Source: an uncultured Thermoplasmata archaeon (GTDB lineage Archaea > Thermoplasmatota > Thermoplasmata > Halarchaeoplasmatales > Halarchaeoplasmataceae). From it: a stretch of 64,000 nt of DNA. Of this stretch, positions 41,881 to 53,490 are shown piece by piece. Within the stretch, counting starts at the first letter, position 1; every line of letters starts with the position of its first letter. Location of the stretch: contig CAZRSB010000005.1 in NCBI GenBank assembly GCA_964602715.1, positions 1,105 to 65,104 on the forward strand, written 5' to 3'. Under the pieces are notes generated by a model, which worked only from the letters and a program-made list of their open reading frames with translations, had not been told where the DNA came from and did no database searches. Position numbers and translations under genes: made by a program.

Positions 41881-44800
41881 ATGAAAGACCAAATACAAGT
41901 ATTGATGATCGATGATGAACCTGCGATTTTAGAACAGGCTGAAATATACTTAAAGAAAAAAAACGAGAAGATTGAACCGATCACAGCTGAATCTGGTAAA
42001 AAGGGATTGGAGATATTATCCGAACAAAGTGTTGACGTGATAGTTTCAGACTATCAGATGCCGGGGATGGATGGTTTGGAACTGCTAAAAAATATCAGAA
42101 AAAAGAAAGAATTGGACATACCTTTCATATTATTTACAGGGAGAGGAAGAGAAGAAGTAGCTATGGAAGCTTTGAATTTAGGAGCTGAGAGATATCTAAA
42201 AAAGGGTGGCGATCCTAGGACGCAATTCGGTTTATTGAGTGACGCTATTTTACAAGAACATAGGTTATATATGAGAGAAAAAGAACTCGAAAGATCAGAG
42301 AGAGAAAAAAGAAGGATATTAGATAGTGCTGCTGAGCATATAATTTATCACGATGAAGAACATAGAATAATATGGGCAAATCAGGCGGCTGCTGATTCAG
42401 TAGAGAAAAACCCCCAGGATTTAGAGGGGAAAAAATGTTATAAGGTGTGGGGAGATGAAGAAGCTCCTTGCCAGGATTGTCCGGTCACAAAAGCCCTCAA
42501 CTCAGGTGAGATCGAAAGGGATGATGTGGAATCTCCTGATGGAAGATACTGGTATATAACAGCGTCTCCAATACTCGACTATGATGGCAATATTGAAGGA
42601 GTAGTAGAGGTTTCATTGGATATCACAGATAGAAAAAAACAACTAAATTATTTTAACAGATTATACAAAGAATATGAAATTATTTTTAATAATGTTCAGG
42701 AGTGTATATTCCTTGTTGATGTGACGGATGAGGGCGAATTTGAATTCCAAAGATTAAATCAATATGAAGAAGAGACTATAGGCTTAAAAAGTGAAGAAGT
42801 TAGGGGCAAAACTCCTGTGGAAGCCGTAGGAAAAAAAACTGGAAAAAAATTTGAAAAAAAATACAAGGAATGCCTCGAAAGAAAAGAGACAATAATCTAT
42901 GAAGAAGAAGTGGAACTGCCTGCTGGGAAACGAATCGCTCTAACTAAATTAAACCCAGTTATATTTGGTAGTGAAGTGGAAAAAATCGTTGGAATATCTC
43001 TAGATATAACAGAAAGAAAGGAGATGGAAAGAGAGATATGGAGACAAAAAAATAGGTTTGAAACTCTTGTATCTAATGCACAAGATGGGATATATATTCG
43101 AGATCTTGAGGGAACGATAACATACGTTAATGAGAGATTTGCGGAAATTCATGGTTACGATAAAAAAGAATTGATTGGCTTGACTTCTTGGGATCTTTTA
43201 CATGAAGATAGTAAGGATGATATTTCAGAAGAAGAATATAATGAAAAACTGATCCAGGAAGACGAACCAGCTGAGATAAAAATAAAAAGAAAAGATGGAG
43301 AGATCAGACAGGCACTGATCACTAATTCTATGACTGTAGGAATCAATGGTGAAAAAGAAATTTTTGGAATCGTTAGGGATATAACAGAAAGAAAACAACA
43401 GGAAAAAAAATTGAAGCGCAAAAATATGTATCTAGAGCATGTGCCTGAATTTGTTACCATCTTAGATGAAGAAGGTAATATCAAGTACAGAAGTAAAACG
43501 TCATCAGAAATCGATGATATTGCTCCTGAAGATATTTTTGGACAGGATGGTTTCAAGTTTGTCCACGCTGATGATAGAGAAAGACTCAAAGAAATTTTTG
43601 AAGATGTCTTAGAAAACCCCAAAAAAGAATATAGAACACAACTGAGAGGTAAAACTGCAGAGGGATGGATGTGGTTTGAAGCCAGAGCTGTAAATTATCT
43701 CGAGGATCCTGATATTGAAGGTATAATAGTTACTGGTAGAGATATAGATAAATGGAAACAAAAAGAGAAAAAATTGAAACAGAAAGAAGAGTACATCAAA
43801 TATAGTCCTGATATAACGTTGGTCTTGGATGAGGAGGCTAGAGTTAAATATCAGAGTAACTCAGGTGAGGATCTTATAGGAAAGAAAAAATTAAACTTGA
43901 TCGGAGTTAAACCTTTTGAAAGAGTACATCCAGACCATAAGGTAAAGATCATGGATTCTTTTGAAAAGGTTTTGGAAAACCCAGACGATATCGACATATC
44001 TGAATTCAAATTTGAAACTCAAGAAGGATGGAGATGGTTTGAGACTAGAGCACAAAACTTACTTGATGATCCAAACGTAAACGGTATCATTCTGAATGTG
44101 AGAGATATAACTAATCGAAAGAAAACTGAGGAAAAACTTGAGCAAAGGAATGAGAAAATTAAAAAGTTACATCAAAAGGCTACTGAGTTGAATAAATGCA
44201 AAGATGAAGTTGAAATATGTGAGCACGTAGTGGAGGCATCTGAAGATATATTAGAATTTGAAGTATGTGGAATAGATTTTGTTGAGAATGGGGAATTTGT
44301 GCCGATCTCTCTCTCAACTGAAATAGAGGGAGGATTTATAAGAAGAAAAGTTGAAGAGGCCGGGATAAGTCGGAAGGTATACGAAGATGGAGAAAGTTTA
44401 TTGGTTGAAGATCGGAGAAATCTTGAATTTTCGAGACCCGTAGTCAGCGATTATCGGTCCTCTATCACGATACCTTTAGATAACGTGGGGATCTATCAAG
44501 CCTTATCCACTGAAGTGGGTACTTTTGACGAAAAAGATCTGGAATTGGCAGAGTTACTGGTAAATCATGCTGTTGAGGCTATAAAACGTTTGAGATCTGA
44601 GCAAAAATTAAGAGATAGCAAAAGAGTAGTAGAAAAACTGCATGAAGCGAGTGCTGAATTGGAAAGTTGTCAAACTGAAAAACAGGTGTATCAAAAAGCC
44701 CTCGAGGCTGCTAAAAACATTTTAGATTTTGACATGTGTGGTTTTGATGCTGTAGAGGGAGATGCTTTCGTTGTTAAGGCATCTACATCAGAAGTTCCTG

Positions 44801-45720
44801 AAGGAGGATATATTAGTAGGAAAATATCAGAAGGAGGAACGAGTAAGAAAACATATCTGAATCAGAAATCATATTTAATTGATGATCTCTCCTTGGATCA
44901 GGACGCAAAACCCGTAAAAAGTGATTATAGATCCTTGATCAGTGTCCCGATCGGTGAATTCGGGATATTTCAGGCCGTATCTACTGAACCAGGTCATTTC
45001 GATAAAAGTGATTTGAGGATGAGTCAATTATTAATAGACCATGTGACCGAAGCTTTAAGAAGGCTTGAAAGAAATAAACAAGACGAGATCTTACATTCAC
45101 TACTTAGACACGATGTTGGAAACAAACTTCAGATAGCGAATGGATATTTTATACTACTTGAAGACTTTGGTAACTTTTCCGAAGAGACAAAAAAAATAAT
45201 AAGAAAAACTCAAGATGCTATCAATGCTGGTGAAGAAATTATTCAAAAGATCAGAAAACTAAGAAAGATCGAAACCGAAGAAGAGATATATGCAAGAGAT
45301 GTAAGCAGTGTAATTGATAAAGTAATATCTTTACAAAAAGAGAGGATTAAAGACAGTGGAATAGATATAAAGTTAGATGTGACAGCATGTGAAGTGAAAG
45401 CTGGATCTTTATTAGAAGAAGTTTTTATCAATATAATAGAAAACTCGATCACGCATTCTAATTGCACTTTGATTAATATCAAAACTGAAATAAAAAGAGA
45501 AGGTTGTATGATCATAATAGAAGATGACGGAATTGGAATAGATGAAGACATGAAGAAAAAGATATTTGAAAGCGGTTCTAGGAAAGGAAAAGAAGCCGGT
45601 TCTGGAATAGGGATGTATTTAGTAAAACAGATAGTAGATAGATATGATGGTTATATCGAAGTGGATGATTCTGAACTGTCTGGAGCCAAATTCAATATAT
45701 ACTTAAAAAAATGTGAATGA
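41881..45720 (+). CDS. hybrid sensor histidine kinase REC-(PAS)n-(GAF)2-HisKA-HATPase
   Basis: DDE/SDYQMP/KK receiver, about five PAS/PAC repeats (DITERK), two GAF repeats, LRHDVGN H-box, DDGIG and GSGIG boxes. Confidence 0.9.
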   Translation: MKDQIQVLMIDDEPAILEQAEIYLKKKNEKIEPITAESGKKGLEILSEQSVDVIVSDYQMPGMDGLELLKNIRKKKELDIPFILFTGRGREEVAMEALNLGAERYLKKGGDPRTQFGLLSDAILQEHRLYMREKELERSEREKRRILDSAAEHIIYHDEEHRIIWANQAAADSVEKNPQDLEGKKCYKVWGDEEAPCQDCPVTKALNSGEIERDDVESPDGRYWYITASPILDYDGNIEGVVEVSLDITDRKKQLNYFNRLYKEYEIIFNNVQECIFLVDVTDEGEFEFQRLNQYEEETIGLKSEEVRGKTPVEAVGKKTGKKFEKKYKECLERKETIIYEEEVELPAGKRIALTKLNPVIFGSEVEKIVGISLDITERKEMEREIWRQKNRFETLVSNAQDGIYIRDLEGTITYVNERFAEIHGYDKKELIGLTSWDLLHEDSKDDISEEEYNEKLIQEDEPAEIKIKRKDGEIRQALITNSMTVGINGEKEIFGIVRDITERKQQEKKLKRKNMYLEHVPEFVTILDEEGNIKYRSKTSSEIDDIAPEDIFGQDGFKFVHADDRERLKEIFEDVLENPKKEYRTQLRGKTAEGWMWFEARAVNYLEDPDIEGIIVTGRDIDKWKQKEKKLKQKEEYIKYSPDITLVLDEEARVKYQSNSGEDLIGKKKLNLIGVKPFERVHPDHKVKIMDSFEKVLENPDDIDISEFKFETQEGWRWFETRAQNLLDDPNVNGIILNVRDITNRKKTEEKLEQRNEKIKKLHQKATELNKCKDEVEICEHVVEASEDILEFEVCGIDFVENGEFVPISLSTEIEGGFIRRKVEEAGISRKVYEDGESLLVEDRRNLEFSRPVVSDYRSSITIPLDNVGIYQALSTEVGTFDEKDLELAELLVNHAVEAIKRLRSEQKLRDSKRVVEKLHEASAELESCQTEKQVYQKALEAAKNILDFDMCGFDAVEGDAFVVKASTSEVPEGGYISRKISEGGTSKKTYLNQKSYLIDDLSLDQDAKPVKSDYRSLISVPIGEFGIFQAVSTEPGHFDKSDLRMSQLLIDHVTEALRRLERNKQDEILHSLLRHDVGNKLQIANGYFILLEDFGNFSEETKKIIRKTQDAINAGEEIIQKIRKLRKIETEEEIYARDVSSVIDKVISLQKERIKDSGIDIKLDVTACEVKAGSLLEEVFINIIENSITHSNCTLINIKTEIKREGCMIIIEDDGIGIDEDMKKKIFESGSRKGKEAGSGIGMYLVKQIVDRYDGYIEVDDSELSGAKFNIYLKKCE

Positions 45721-45749
45721 ATTTTAAAAATAAGAAAAAGGTTTTTTGT

Positions 45750-46424
45750 TTATGATTCTCGATGGCAGAGCCACCAGTCGTAGCACTTGATCTCTCCTTT
45801 TTCCTCTTTCTCTTTTCGATCCTTTATCTCTTTTTCACTAGAAGCTGGTGGTATGATCACATCATCTTTAATGAGTTCGTTATTAGGCCAATTAGCAGGT
45901 ATAGCGACACCTTCTTCCTCAGATTTCTGGAATCCTTTGATCATTCTAATTATCTCATCCATATTTCTCCCAAGTTCAGCGGGATAATAAAGAATAGCTC
46001 TAATCGTTGATTCGGGATCGACTATAAACACAGCTCTTACTGTTGCTGTTCCTCCTGTACTGTGGATCAGACCTAATTTATCTGCGACTTCTCCCTTGCC
46101 ATCAGCGATGATAGGAAATTCAATCTTTTCTCCCATTTTGTCTTCGATCCATTCTGCCCATTTAAGATGACTGTGCACTTGATCAATACTTAAACCGATG
46201 AGTTCGGTATTGAGATCTCTAAATTCATCGTATCTTTTTTGGAATGAATAAAATTCGGTCGTACAAACGGGAGTAAAGTCACCGGGATGGGAAAACAGTA
46301 TGAACCATTTTCCATCAAATTTATCTGGAAGGTCCATTTCGCCATGAGTGGTGTTGACTTTCATCTCTGGAAACTTATCGCCAATCAGAGGCATGCCGTC
46401 TTTTTTTTCTTTTTTTTCGCTCAT
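45750..46424 (-). CDS. peroxiredoxin (Prx6/archaeal type)
   Basis: [25 protein letters not shown]-terminal CYDWWLC. Confidence 0.92.
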   Translation of the reverse strand: MSEKKEKKDGMPLIGDKFPEMKVNTTHGEMDLPDKFDGKWFILFSHPGDFTPVCTTEFYSFQKRYDEFRDLNTELIGLSIDQVHSHLKWAEWIEDKMGEKIEFPIIADGKGEVADKLGLIHSTGGTATVRAVFIVDPESTIRAILYYPAELGRNMDEIIRMIKGFQKSEEEGVAIPANWPNNELIKDDVIIPPASSEKEIKDRKEKEEKGEIKCYDWWLCHRES

Positions 46425-46599
46425 ATCTTACACCTCACTTATTTTCGAATTGTAAAGGTAGTTTATATTATTTTCGTATAAGTTTTGGTATTTTTCGTTA
46501 TTAATTTTGGATTTTTTGATAGATAAATGACATTTTTAGTTGCAAGAATGGCAAAAAATATTAATAACTTCGTCTATTAATAACCAATTGGCGGATAAA

Positions 46600-47031
46600 A
46601 TGAGTAAAGAAAAAATAACTTTAGAAGAGTTCGTCGAGAAACTGAACTACGATCTAGAGTGGGAATATGCAGCAGCACTTCAATATGTACAGCACCAAGC
46701 AGTAATGTCCGGTGCCGCATACGACAATATAGCTGATGAATTAGCGCTCCATGCTGAAGAAGAATTACAGCATGCCATACAATTAGCTGATCAAATAGAT
46801 TATCTTGGAGGAACTCCAAGTGTGAATGTACAAGAGATAAAAACGGGAGAAAAAGCAGATAAAATGTTAAAACAAGACCTTGAAGGCGAAAGAGACGCCA
46901 TCGAAAGATACAAGAAAAGGATTAAACAAGCTGAAGAATTGGATGAATATGCAACGGCTCAGACTCTAAGAGATATTTTAGTTACAGAACAAGAACACGA
47001 AATGGACTTGATGGATGCTTTAGATCTCTAA
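46600..47031 (+). CDS. ferritin-like / bacterioferritin-family protein
   Basis: EYAAALQY, EELQH, E..AIERY, EQEH diiron-type ligands; start at MSKEK. Confidence 0.85.
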   Translation: MSKEKITLEEFVEKLNYDLEWEYAAALQYVQHQAVMSGAAYDNIADELALHAEEELQHAIQLADQIDYLGGTPSVNVQEIKTGEKADKMLKQDLEGERDAIERYKKRIKQAEELDEYATAQTLRDILVTEQEHEMDLMDALDL

Positions 47032-47525
47032 ATATAGTCAAGGACACGACTTTTCTTTAATTTTTGAGAGTCCTTGGCTAGTTGTATCACTAAAAATTAA
47101 AAATTATACAAAGGAGTCAGGGAGATGGATTCCGATAGAAAATTCATATGACCAAAGAGCAATATATAAATGATTCAATAAAGCCAAAAAATACTTCACG
47201 AGACCACCTCTAGACCTGTATATAGGCTTCGTTTGTAAGGACAAAACCATGAGAACCCACCTACATGGGGAGTATTAACAGCTCTTGGTGTGTCTATAGC
47301 AATCTCTTTATTTCAGATCTCTCGACAGGAGTAAGTCAATAAGATATTCTTATCTTTATTTCTTTCCTATTGATGATTCAAAAAAGTGATGATCCAGGTA
47401 ATGAATTAAGATCATAAATGATGAAAAAAATTACTATGAAGAATATTAAATAATTTCTAAATAACTAAACTCAGAAACTAGAAAAGCATAAATAGAAAAA
47501 GGGCATTTTTTTAACTGGTTGGAAG

Positions 47526-48686
47526 ATGGATTTCATTGATGTACTACTAGTAGATGATGATGAAAAATTTCTTGATCAGGCCAAAATTTTCTTAGAGAAG
47601 GAGAACGAAAATATAAATGTAGTGACTGCAAGATCTGTAAAAAAGGGTTTAAAATTATTTGATAAAAAGAATTTCGATGCAATAGTCTCCGATTATCAAA
47701 TGCCAGATGTGACTGGAATTGAATTTCTAGAAGAGATAAGGACAAAAAAAATGAGTAACATCCCTTTTATAATTATAACAGGTAAAGGTCGCGAGGAAGT
47801 CGCTATGGAAGCACTCAATTTAGGTGCTGACAGATACCTACAAAAAGGGACTGATCCCAAAACTTTGTTTGGTTTGTTGGAACGTTCTATAAAAAAGGAA
47901 TTAGAAAAGATAACTCAAGAAAGATATAGAGATCTTCTTGAAAACAATCCAAATCCAACCCTCATCTTAGAAAACGATTTAAGTATAGAGATCGTAAATG
48001 ATCAGTTCTTAGAATTTATAAAAAAAGATAGAGACAAAGTAGAAGGAAATGATCTGGATTCTATCATTGGTAAAAAAGGGAAACAGAAGATAGATGAAGT
48101 TTTCAAATATAAAAAGATAGAAGATAACTCTTCTCCTGAATTGTTTTACACCACTTTAGAGGATCTTGATGCAAAGGAAAGAGATGTATTAATCTCTCTT
48201 TCTACAATTTCGAGACATGAAAAATGTTTGATTAATTTTTTTGATATCACTGACTGGGCGATAAGTGCTGATCTTATAGGTGAGCTCCAAAATTTCAAAA
48301 AAAGTGATAAGGATTTTTTGGAAAAATTTTCCGAAAGATTTTCTAAGTTCATCGCTGACGAAAGAATCCAAGCTGAAATCAAAAAAAATTGCCTTGAAGA
48401 ACTGACTATTTTGTTGATAGCATTTCATGGAAAGATCCACGGAAAAGGGATAATCGATGAATTGAGGAATAGATTTTCTATATCAATAAGTGCTGGTACG
48501 ATGTACCCTATTTTACATGATTTAGAGAGTAGAAATATAATTGAACAACATGAAGGAGTTAGATCGAAAAAATATACCTTGAAAAACAAAAAAGAAGGTT
48601 TGGAATTGGCTAGAAAAAAGATCAGTCTATTGTTTATTCAATATCTTCTACTTTATAATATGTTTAGAGGACAAAAAGACATGTGA
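47526..48686 (+). CDS. response regulator REC-PAS-PadR-like wHTH
   Basis: Receiver domain, PAS (NPNP...VN), C-terminal HGKGIIDEL...ISAGTMYPILHDLE...K.Y PadR signature. Confidence 0.82.
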   Translation: MDFIDVLLVDDDEKFLDQAKIFLEKENENINVVTARSVKKGLKLFDKKNFDAIVSDYQMPDVTGIEFLEEIRTKKMSNIPFIIITGKGREEVAMEALNLGADRYLQKGTDPKTLFGLLERSIKKELEKITQERYRDLLENNPNPTLILENDLSIEIVNDQFLEFIKKDRDKVEGNDLDSIIGKKGKQKIDEVFKYKKIEDNSSPELFYTTLEDLDAKERDVLISLSTISRHEKCLINFFDITDWAISADLIGELQNFKKSDKDFLEKFSERFSKFIADERIQAEIKKNCLEELTILLIAFHGKIHGKGIIDELRNRFSISISAGTMYPILHDLESRNIIEQHEGVRSKKYTLKNKKEGLELARKKISLLFIQYLLLYNMFRGQKDM

Positions 48687-48738
48687 GAAACCTTCTATAA
48701 TATATAATCCATTTCAAATATGTATTCTCTTATTCAAC

Positions 48739-48771
48739 TATATATCGAGATGTGATACACAATTCGATTTT
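48739..48771 (+). promoter_or_regulatory. operator-like motif TATATATCGAGA-N11-ATTCGATTTT, copy 1
   Basis: Identical half-sites and spacing recur at 58538-58570; lies just upstream of TTTATAA. Confidence 0.5.
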
Positions 48772-48831
48772 CTAGGAATTTATAATAGGACAGAAAGATA
48801 TGTTTTTTTTATCTATAATGAGGCGGAATAT

Positions 48832-49026
48832 ATGCTAGAACCTAAAGTATATGAAATGAAAAAAACAAACCAAAGTGGCAATGACGACACAAATAGTGAT
48901 GAATTTATTGCTTGCATAAAAAGAGTTAAAAGATTAGCTGATGGCGAAGATATTAATATAAAAAATAGAGAGTTGTTAGAATCAATTGACAGATATCTAA
49001 AAGATATTGAAGGAAATTCTATCTGA
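48832..49026 (+). CDS. small hypothetical protein
   Basis: 64 aa with a GAGG RBS and an upstream TATA-like box; no recognisable domain. Confidence 0.4.
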   Translation: MLEPKVYEMKKTNQSGNDDTNSDEFIACIKRVKRLADGEDINIKNRELLESIDRYLKDIEGNSI

Positions 49027-49182
49027 GTAATTAAAAGTTGACGTAATAAAAGCTAATCCACTCTTGAACTAGTCCAGGTAATATATTTAATAAAATATTT
49101 TTTTCTTAAAATATTGTTATGGTTTAAAAAAGCTTAAATAGTTCAAATTTGATTGTTTTTAATAATAAAATTGGTGAAAAGG

Positions 49183-52100
49183 ATGAAAAATAAAAAGGAC
49201 AAAGGATTTAGGATGAGCATAGGTATTAAACTGATAGCACTGTTTTTAGCGATCTCTTTGATACCTCTAGGTATTACATTTGTAGTATCTTCTGAAGGTA
49301 TGGGGGATATCGGAGAGTTCTCTGAAGATGAGAGTGAAGAAGAACTGATGAGACAGATGGAAGATCGATTACAAGCCGAAGTTGATGGAAGACAGAATGC
49401 AATCCAGAATATAATCGATGCAAGAGAAGCTGATGCTATAACTCTTTCAAATATGGGGGTTATTGAAAACTATCTAGCGGCTAATGAAGGAGAGATGGAT
49501 ATGGTCCAAGAACTGAGCGAAGATATGCTTGGATACATGGCCACTGAGATGAGAGCGGGGATAGATAGTGCTGCTCAAGCTATCGCACAGTACAAATATG
49601 GTGAAGATTCGGTTGAAGATGTCGATGACGTTGAAGCTCTAGCTTCTGACGTGGAAGAATTGATCTCTGGAACTGAAGGAGACTTAACTGATGAAGAAGG
49701 AACAATGTACGATGCCTTTCAGCCAGGATATCTCAGAACAACAGGTTATACATTTATTGTAAACACTGATGCCGAAATTGTAACTCATTTTGATCTTGAA
49801 GATGGAACCGATACAGTAGATGATTTAGGCCTCGATGCATTCGAAGAAATCGCAGAGACCGCGCCACAGTATACAGAAGGTACCGATTACGGTGTTGCTG
49901 AATATATGTATCCAGATGAAACTCAAGAAGGGGATCCTGAGGAACTAAAATTTGTATCCTACAATTATTACGAGCCCTTCGATTGGGTGATCGCTCCTAG
50001 CGTTTACTATTACGAGCTACAAGAAGTAGCTGTAGAGGATGCAGCGGAACAGATAGCAAGTACTTTTGTCGACTATGAAACCACTAGAACTATAGATGTT
50101 GACGATGAACCTAGGATTGCATATGAAGGTATCACATTTGCAGATGCCGAAGGGATGGAGATAGTTTCGGCGGCGGATGGAGAAGTTACAACTGATCAGA
50201 CAAATGATCATTCCACTGAAGAGTGGTTCATCGGAGCGATGGATATGGGTGAGAACGAGGTATTCTTCAGCGAGGTCTATGGAGAGCCTGGTGAACAGAG
50301 CCTGGATATCTCTATACCTGTGTTCTACGATGGTGAAATAGACGGGGTTATCTCGATCACCTTCGATTACTCTATCCTCACTGATATGGCTAGTCAAGTC
50401 GATATCGGAGAAGAGGGTTATCTGTTCATATTAGATGATGAAGGCATAACCCTTAGTCATCCCAACGAGGAGAACATCGGTGCTGATGCTACAGCAGAGT
50501 TTGGAGAAGAACTAGGAGACATCGTTTCGGAAAGGATGATACAAGGTGAAACGGGTGTAGCAGAATACACATTTTTACAAAACGGAGAAGAAATACATAA
50601 TTGGGCCTCCTACACACCTATAGATTTTGGGCATAGAGAATATGTTTTATCAGCCACAATTCCACAGGAAGAAGCAACAGGACCCGCTGAACAGTTAGCC
50701 CAAGATATAGATGATATGAGAGGTGATAGCGAAAGGAACTTGATGATAATTACTGCTATAGCGGGTATAGGAGTTGTAGTTGTTGGATTCTTTTCCTCCA
50801 ATTACTTCGCCAATCCAATAAAGGCGATCAAAAATAGAGCTCAGAAATTGGCTAAAGGTGATTTCAGCTCTGATGAGGATGTCAGAAGAAGCAATGATGA
50901 GATCGGAGATATGGTCGAAGCTTTTGATGAGATGAAAGGAAACTTGAATACCTCTATGTCAGAGATAAAGAACTCAATGAGTTCTTTAGCCTCAGGTGAT
51001 TTAGATTCAAATGTAGATACTAGAAGACTGAAAGGTGAGTATAAAGAACTAGGTATGTCAATCAATAAGAGCTTACAAACTGTTAGAACTTCGATAACTG
51101 AGATAGAAGATATCATGGAAAGTTTAGTTCATGGTGATCTAGATGACAGGGTTGAAACTTCAGAGTTATCAGGTGAGTTCAGAGTAATGGGTGAAGATGT
51201 AAATGAAAGCATTGAAAAGATAGATTCAACATTAGAAAGAATAGATATGAGAATAGCCGAGATAGAAGAAGGTGACTTTACTAGAGTTGATCTAGATGAT
51301 ATGGAAGGTAAGTACAAAGAAACTGGTAAATCCATAAATAATAGTATAGTAGCAATTGAAGAGACCATGGACGATTTCCTAAACGTGATGGAAGGACTAG
51401 CAGCGGGAGAATTAGACAACAAAATAGACGAAGATAAGCATGAAGGTGAATTTAGAGAGATGGCTTATGCAATAAACGAATCTATGGATAATATCCGATA
51501 TGCTTTAGACAGGATAGAAATGAGAATGGCCGAGATAGAAGAGGGCGACTTTGCTCGGGTAGATACTAGTCATTCTGCGATGAAAGGTCATTATCTAGAG
51601 ACTGGCGAGGCCGTAAATAGAAGTTTAGAAACGATCGAGGAGACCATCGGTGATTTAGTAAGTGTTATGAAAAGCTTAGCTGAAGGTGATCTTGATGTTG
51701 GTATTGATGAGGAAGACCATGAGGGTCAATTCAGAGAGATGGCTGAAGCGATAAATACAAGTTTAGAAGCTGTAAAAACTTCGATGGAAGAGGTATCTTT
51801 TGTGATGAATGGTCTCGCGGAAGGTGATCTCACAAAGAGAGCGGAAACTAGTAAATTGAAAGGGGCATATGAAAACATAGCCAATATAATAAATCAAACT
51901 ATGGAAGAGGATAACGACCAAATGCTCAATATCAGAAACATTTCATTAGAGACGGATGATGCCGCGGAACAGATAGCAGCTTCCTCCGAAGAATTGAGTT
52001 CTACTGCTGAGAACGTATCGACTTCTGTACAAAACATCTCAGAAGGGACATCTGAACAGGCTAGAATGGCAGAGGATATGAAACAGCAGATGGAATCTGT

Positions 52101-52854
52101 AGCGGCAAATATGGAGGAGACTTCAGCTTCAGTTGAGGATATAGCAGCCTCTGCTGAAGAAGTATCAGCTCAAACTGATGAGGGCACAGAACAGGCAAAT
52201 ATAGCTAAAAAAAGAGTTTTAGAGTTGAAGGACACTTTAGAAACTACAAAGGAAAAAGCGTTTGAGCTGGACGGACAGTCAGATGAGATAGGAGAAGTAA
52301 TAGAAACGATATCCAATATTGCAGAACAAACTAATCTTTTAGCTCTCAATGCAGCGATAGAAGCGGCTAGAGCTGGAGAACACGGAAAAGGTTTTGCAGT
52401 AGTCGCTGATTCAGTAAGAGAACTCGCGGAAGAAACACAGAAAGAAACTGAAAATATCAAAGAGATTATAGAGAAAACACAGATCAACGCTTCCGATGTA
52501 GTAGATGGAGTGAAAGAGGTAACTGATAAATCTGATGAAGTCAATGAAGTAACAGAGAATAATCTCAACTCTTTGGAAGAGATAAGGGAAGCCTCGGACT
52601 CGGTCTCTAGTTCGATACAAGACATCTCTGGTGCAGTGGAAGATGTCACAGAAAAAGTACAGAAGGCTTCTCAACAAATTAATAACATAGCAGAGATAGC
52701 TGATCAAAACTCAAACGAGGCTGAATCTTCAGCCGCAGCTGCGGAAGAACAAAATGCTTCTGTAGAAGAACTATCCAGCTCAGCTCAACAACTTTCAAGC
52801 CTAGGTAATCAACTTTCAGAGATGGTCAACGAATACAAGATGAGTGAAAACTGA
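49183..52854 (+). CDS. membrane-bound methyl-accepting chemotaxis protein, acidic Cache-like sensor and poly-HAMP array
   Basis: Two TM helices, repeated HAMP units, [38 protein letters not shown]. Confidence 0.93.
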   Translation: MKNKKDKGFRMSIGIKLIALFLAISLIPLGITFVVSSEGMGDIGEFSEDESEEELMRQMEDRLQAEVDGRQNAIQNIIDAREADAITLSNMGVIENYLAANEGEMDMVQELSEDMLGYMATEMRAGIDSAAQAIAQYKYGEDSVEDVDDVEALASDVEELISGTEGDLTDEEGTMYDAFQPGYLRTTGYTFIVNTDAEIVTHFDLEDGTDTVDDLGLDAFEEIAETAPQYTEGTDYGVAEYMYPDETQEGDPEELKFVSYNYYEPFDWVIAPSVYYYELQEVAVEDAAEQIASTFVDYETTRTIDVDDEPRIAYEGITFADAEGMEIVSAADGEVTTDQTNDHSTEEWFIGAMDMGENEVFFSEVYGEPGEQSLDISIPVFYDGEIDGVISITFDYSILTDMASQVDIGEEGYLFILDDEGITLSHPNEENIGADATAEFGEELGDIVSERMIQGETGVAEYTFLQNGEEIHNWASYTPIDFGHREYVLSATIPQEEATGPAEQLAQDIDDMRGDSERNLMIITAIAGIGVVVVGFFSSNYFANPIKAIKNRAQKLAKGDFSSDEDVRRSNDEIGDMVEAFDEMKGNLNTSMSEIKNSMSSLASGDLDSNVDTRRLKGEYKELGMSINKSLQTVRTSITEIEDIMESLVHGDLDDRVETSELSGEFRVMGEDVNESIEKIDSTLERIDMRIAEIEEGDFTRVDLDDMEGKYKETGKSINNSIVAIEETMDDFLNVMEGLAAGELDNKIDEDKHEGEFREMAYAINESMDNIRYALDRIEMRMAEIEEGDFARVDTSHSAMKGHYLETGEAVNRSLETIEETIGDLVSVMKSLAEGDLDVGIDEEDHEGQFREMAEAINTSLEAVKTSMEEVSFVMNGLAEGDLTKRAETSKLKGAYENIANIINQTMEEDNDQMLNIRNISLETDDAAEQIAASSEELSSTAENVSTSVQNISEGTSEQARMAEDMKQQMESVAANMEETSASVEDIAASAEEVSAQTDEGTEQANIAKKRVLELKDTLETTKEKAFELDGQSDEIGEVIETISNIAEQTNLLALNAAIEAARAGEHGKGFAVVADSVRELAEETQKETENIKEIIEKTQINASDVVDGVKEVTDKSDEVNEVTENNLNSLEEIREASDSVSSSIQDISGAVEDVTEKVQKASQQINNIAEIADQNSNEAESSAAAAEEQNASVEELSSSAQQLSSLGNQLSEMVNEYKMSEN

Positions 52855-52865
52855 GGTAGATAATA

Positions 52866-53378
52866 ATGAGCATACAAGAAAAGATAGCATCTGAGGAGTC
52901 AATGCAGATAGTGATATTTAGACTAGGAGAGGATTACCTCTCCTGCCCTATTTCACAAGTCAGAGAGATCATCCAGTTAGAAGAGGTCACACCGGTTCCT
53001 TCAACGCCGAAAGAGATTCGAGGTATAATCAACAGGAGAGGAGAGATAATAACTATTGTAGATCTACCAGAGGTAATAGATACAGAACTGAAGCTAAAAG
53101 AAACCAACTCTCAGCTCTTGATCTTGTATAGTGAAGATGAAAATGTGGGTGTGATGACCTCTGAAGTTACTGAGATTCCGACGGTTGATACTAACTCGAT
53201 AGAGCCTCCATCCGAGACTATGGAAACGCCGATAAACAAAGAATATTTGGAGGGGATAATAAAACGAGAAGACAGGCTTGTTCTCTTCATCGATCTTTTG
53301 GCACTGATGAAAAACCTCTCTCAGCAAGATATAGATAGAGCGGCTAAATTTGGTCAAAGTGACGAAAAACAAGGTTAA
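52866..53378 (+). CDS. cheW: chemotaxis coupling protein CheW
   Basis: IVIFRLG, VREII, TPVP, GIINRRGEII. Confidence 0.9.
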   Translation: MSIQEKIASEESMQIVIFRLGEDYLSCPISQVREIIQLEEVTPVPSTPKEIRGIINRRGEIITIVDLPEVIDTELKLKETNSQLLILYSEDENVGVMTSEVTEIPTVDTNSIEPPSETMETPINKEYLEGIIKREDRLVLFIDLLALMKNLSQQDIDRAAKFGQSDEKQG

Positions 53379-53404
53379 AATCTCTTTTCTTTTTATTTAC
53401 TTTA
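53379..53404 (+). terminator. oligo-T terminator after cheW
   Basis: T-rich run directly after the stop; a similar run follows the second cheW (~61017-61050). Confidence 0.45.
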
Positions 53405-53490
53405 GGTTGTTTTGATTAAGAGCGATAATATTTATAAGGTATGAAAAAGATAATCATAATCAGATATATCCACAATAAAGGGAGTCAATC

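Noticed and set aside
47100..47340. Possible gene or transposase remnant between the ferritin-like gene and the response regulator
   Set aside because: Only short broken frames (e.g. EIAIDT on the minus strand); cannot be assigned without a search.
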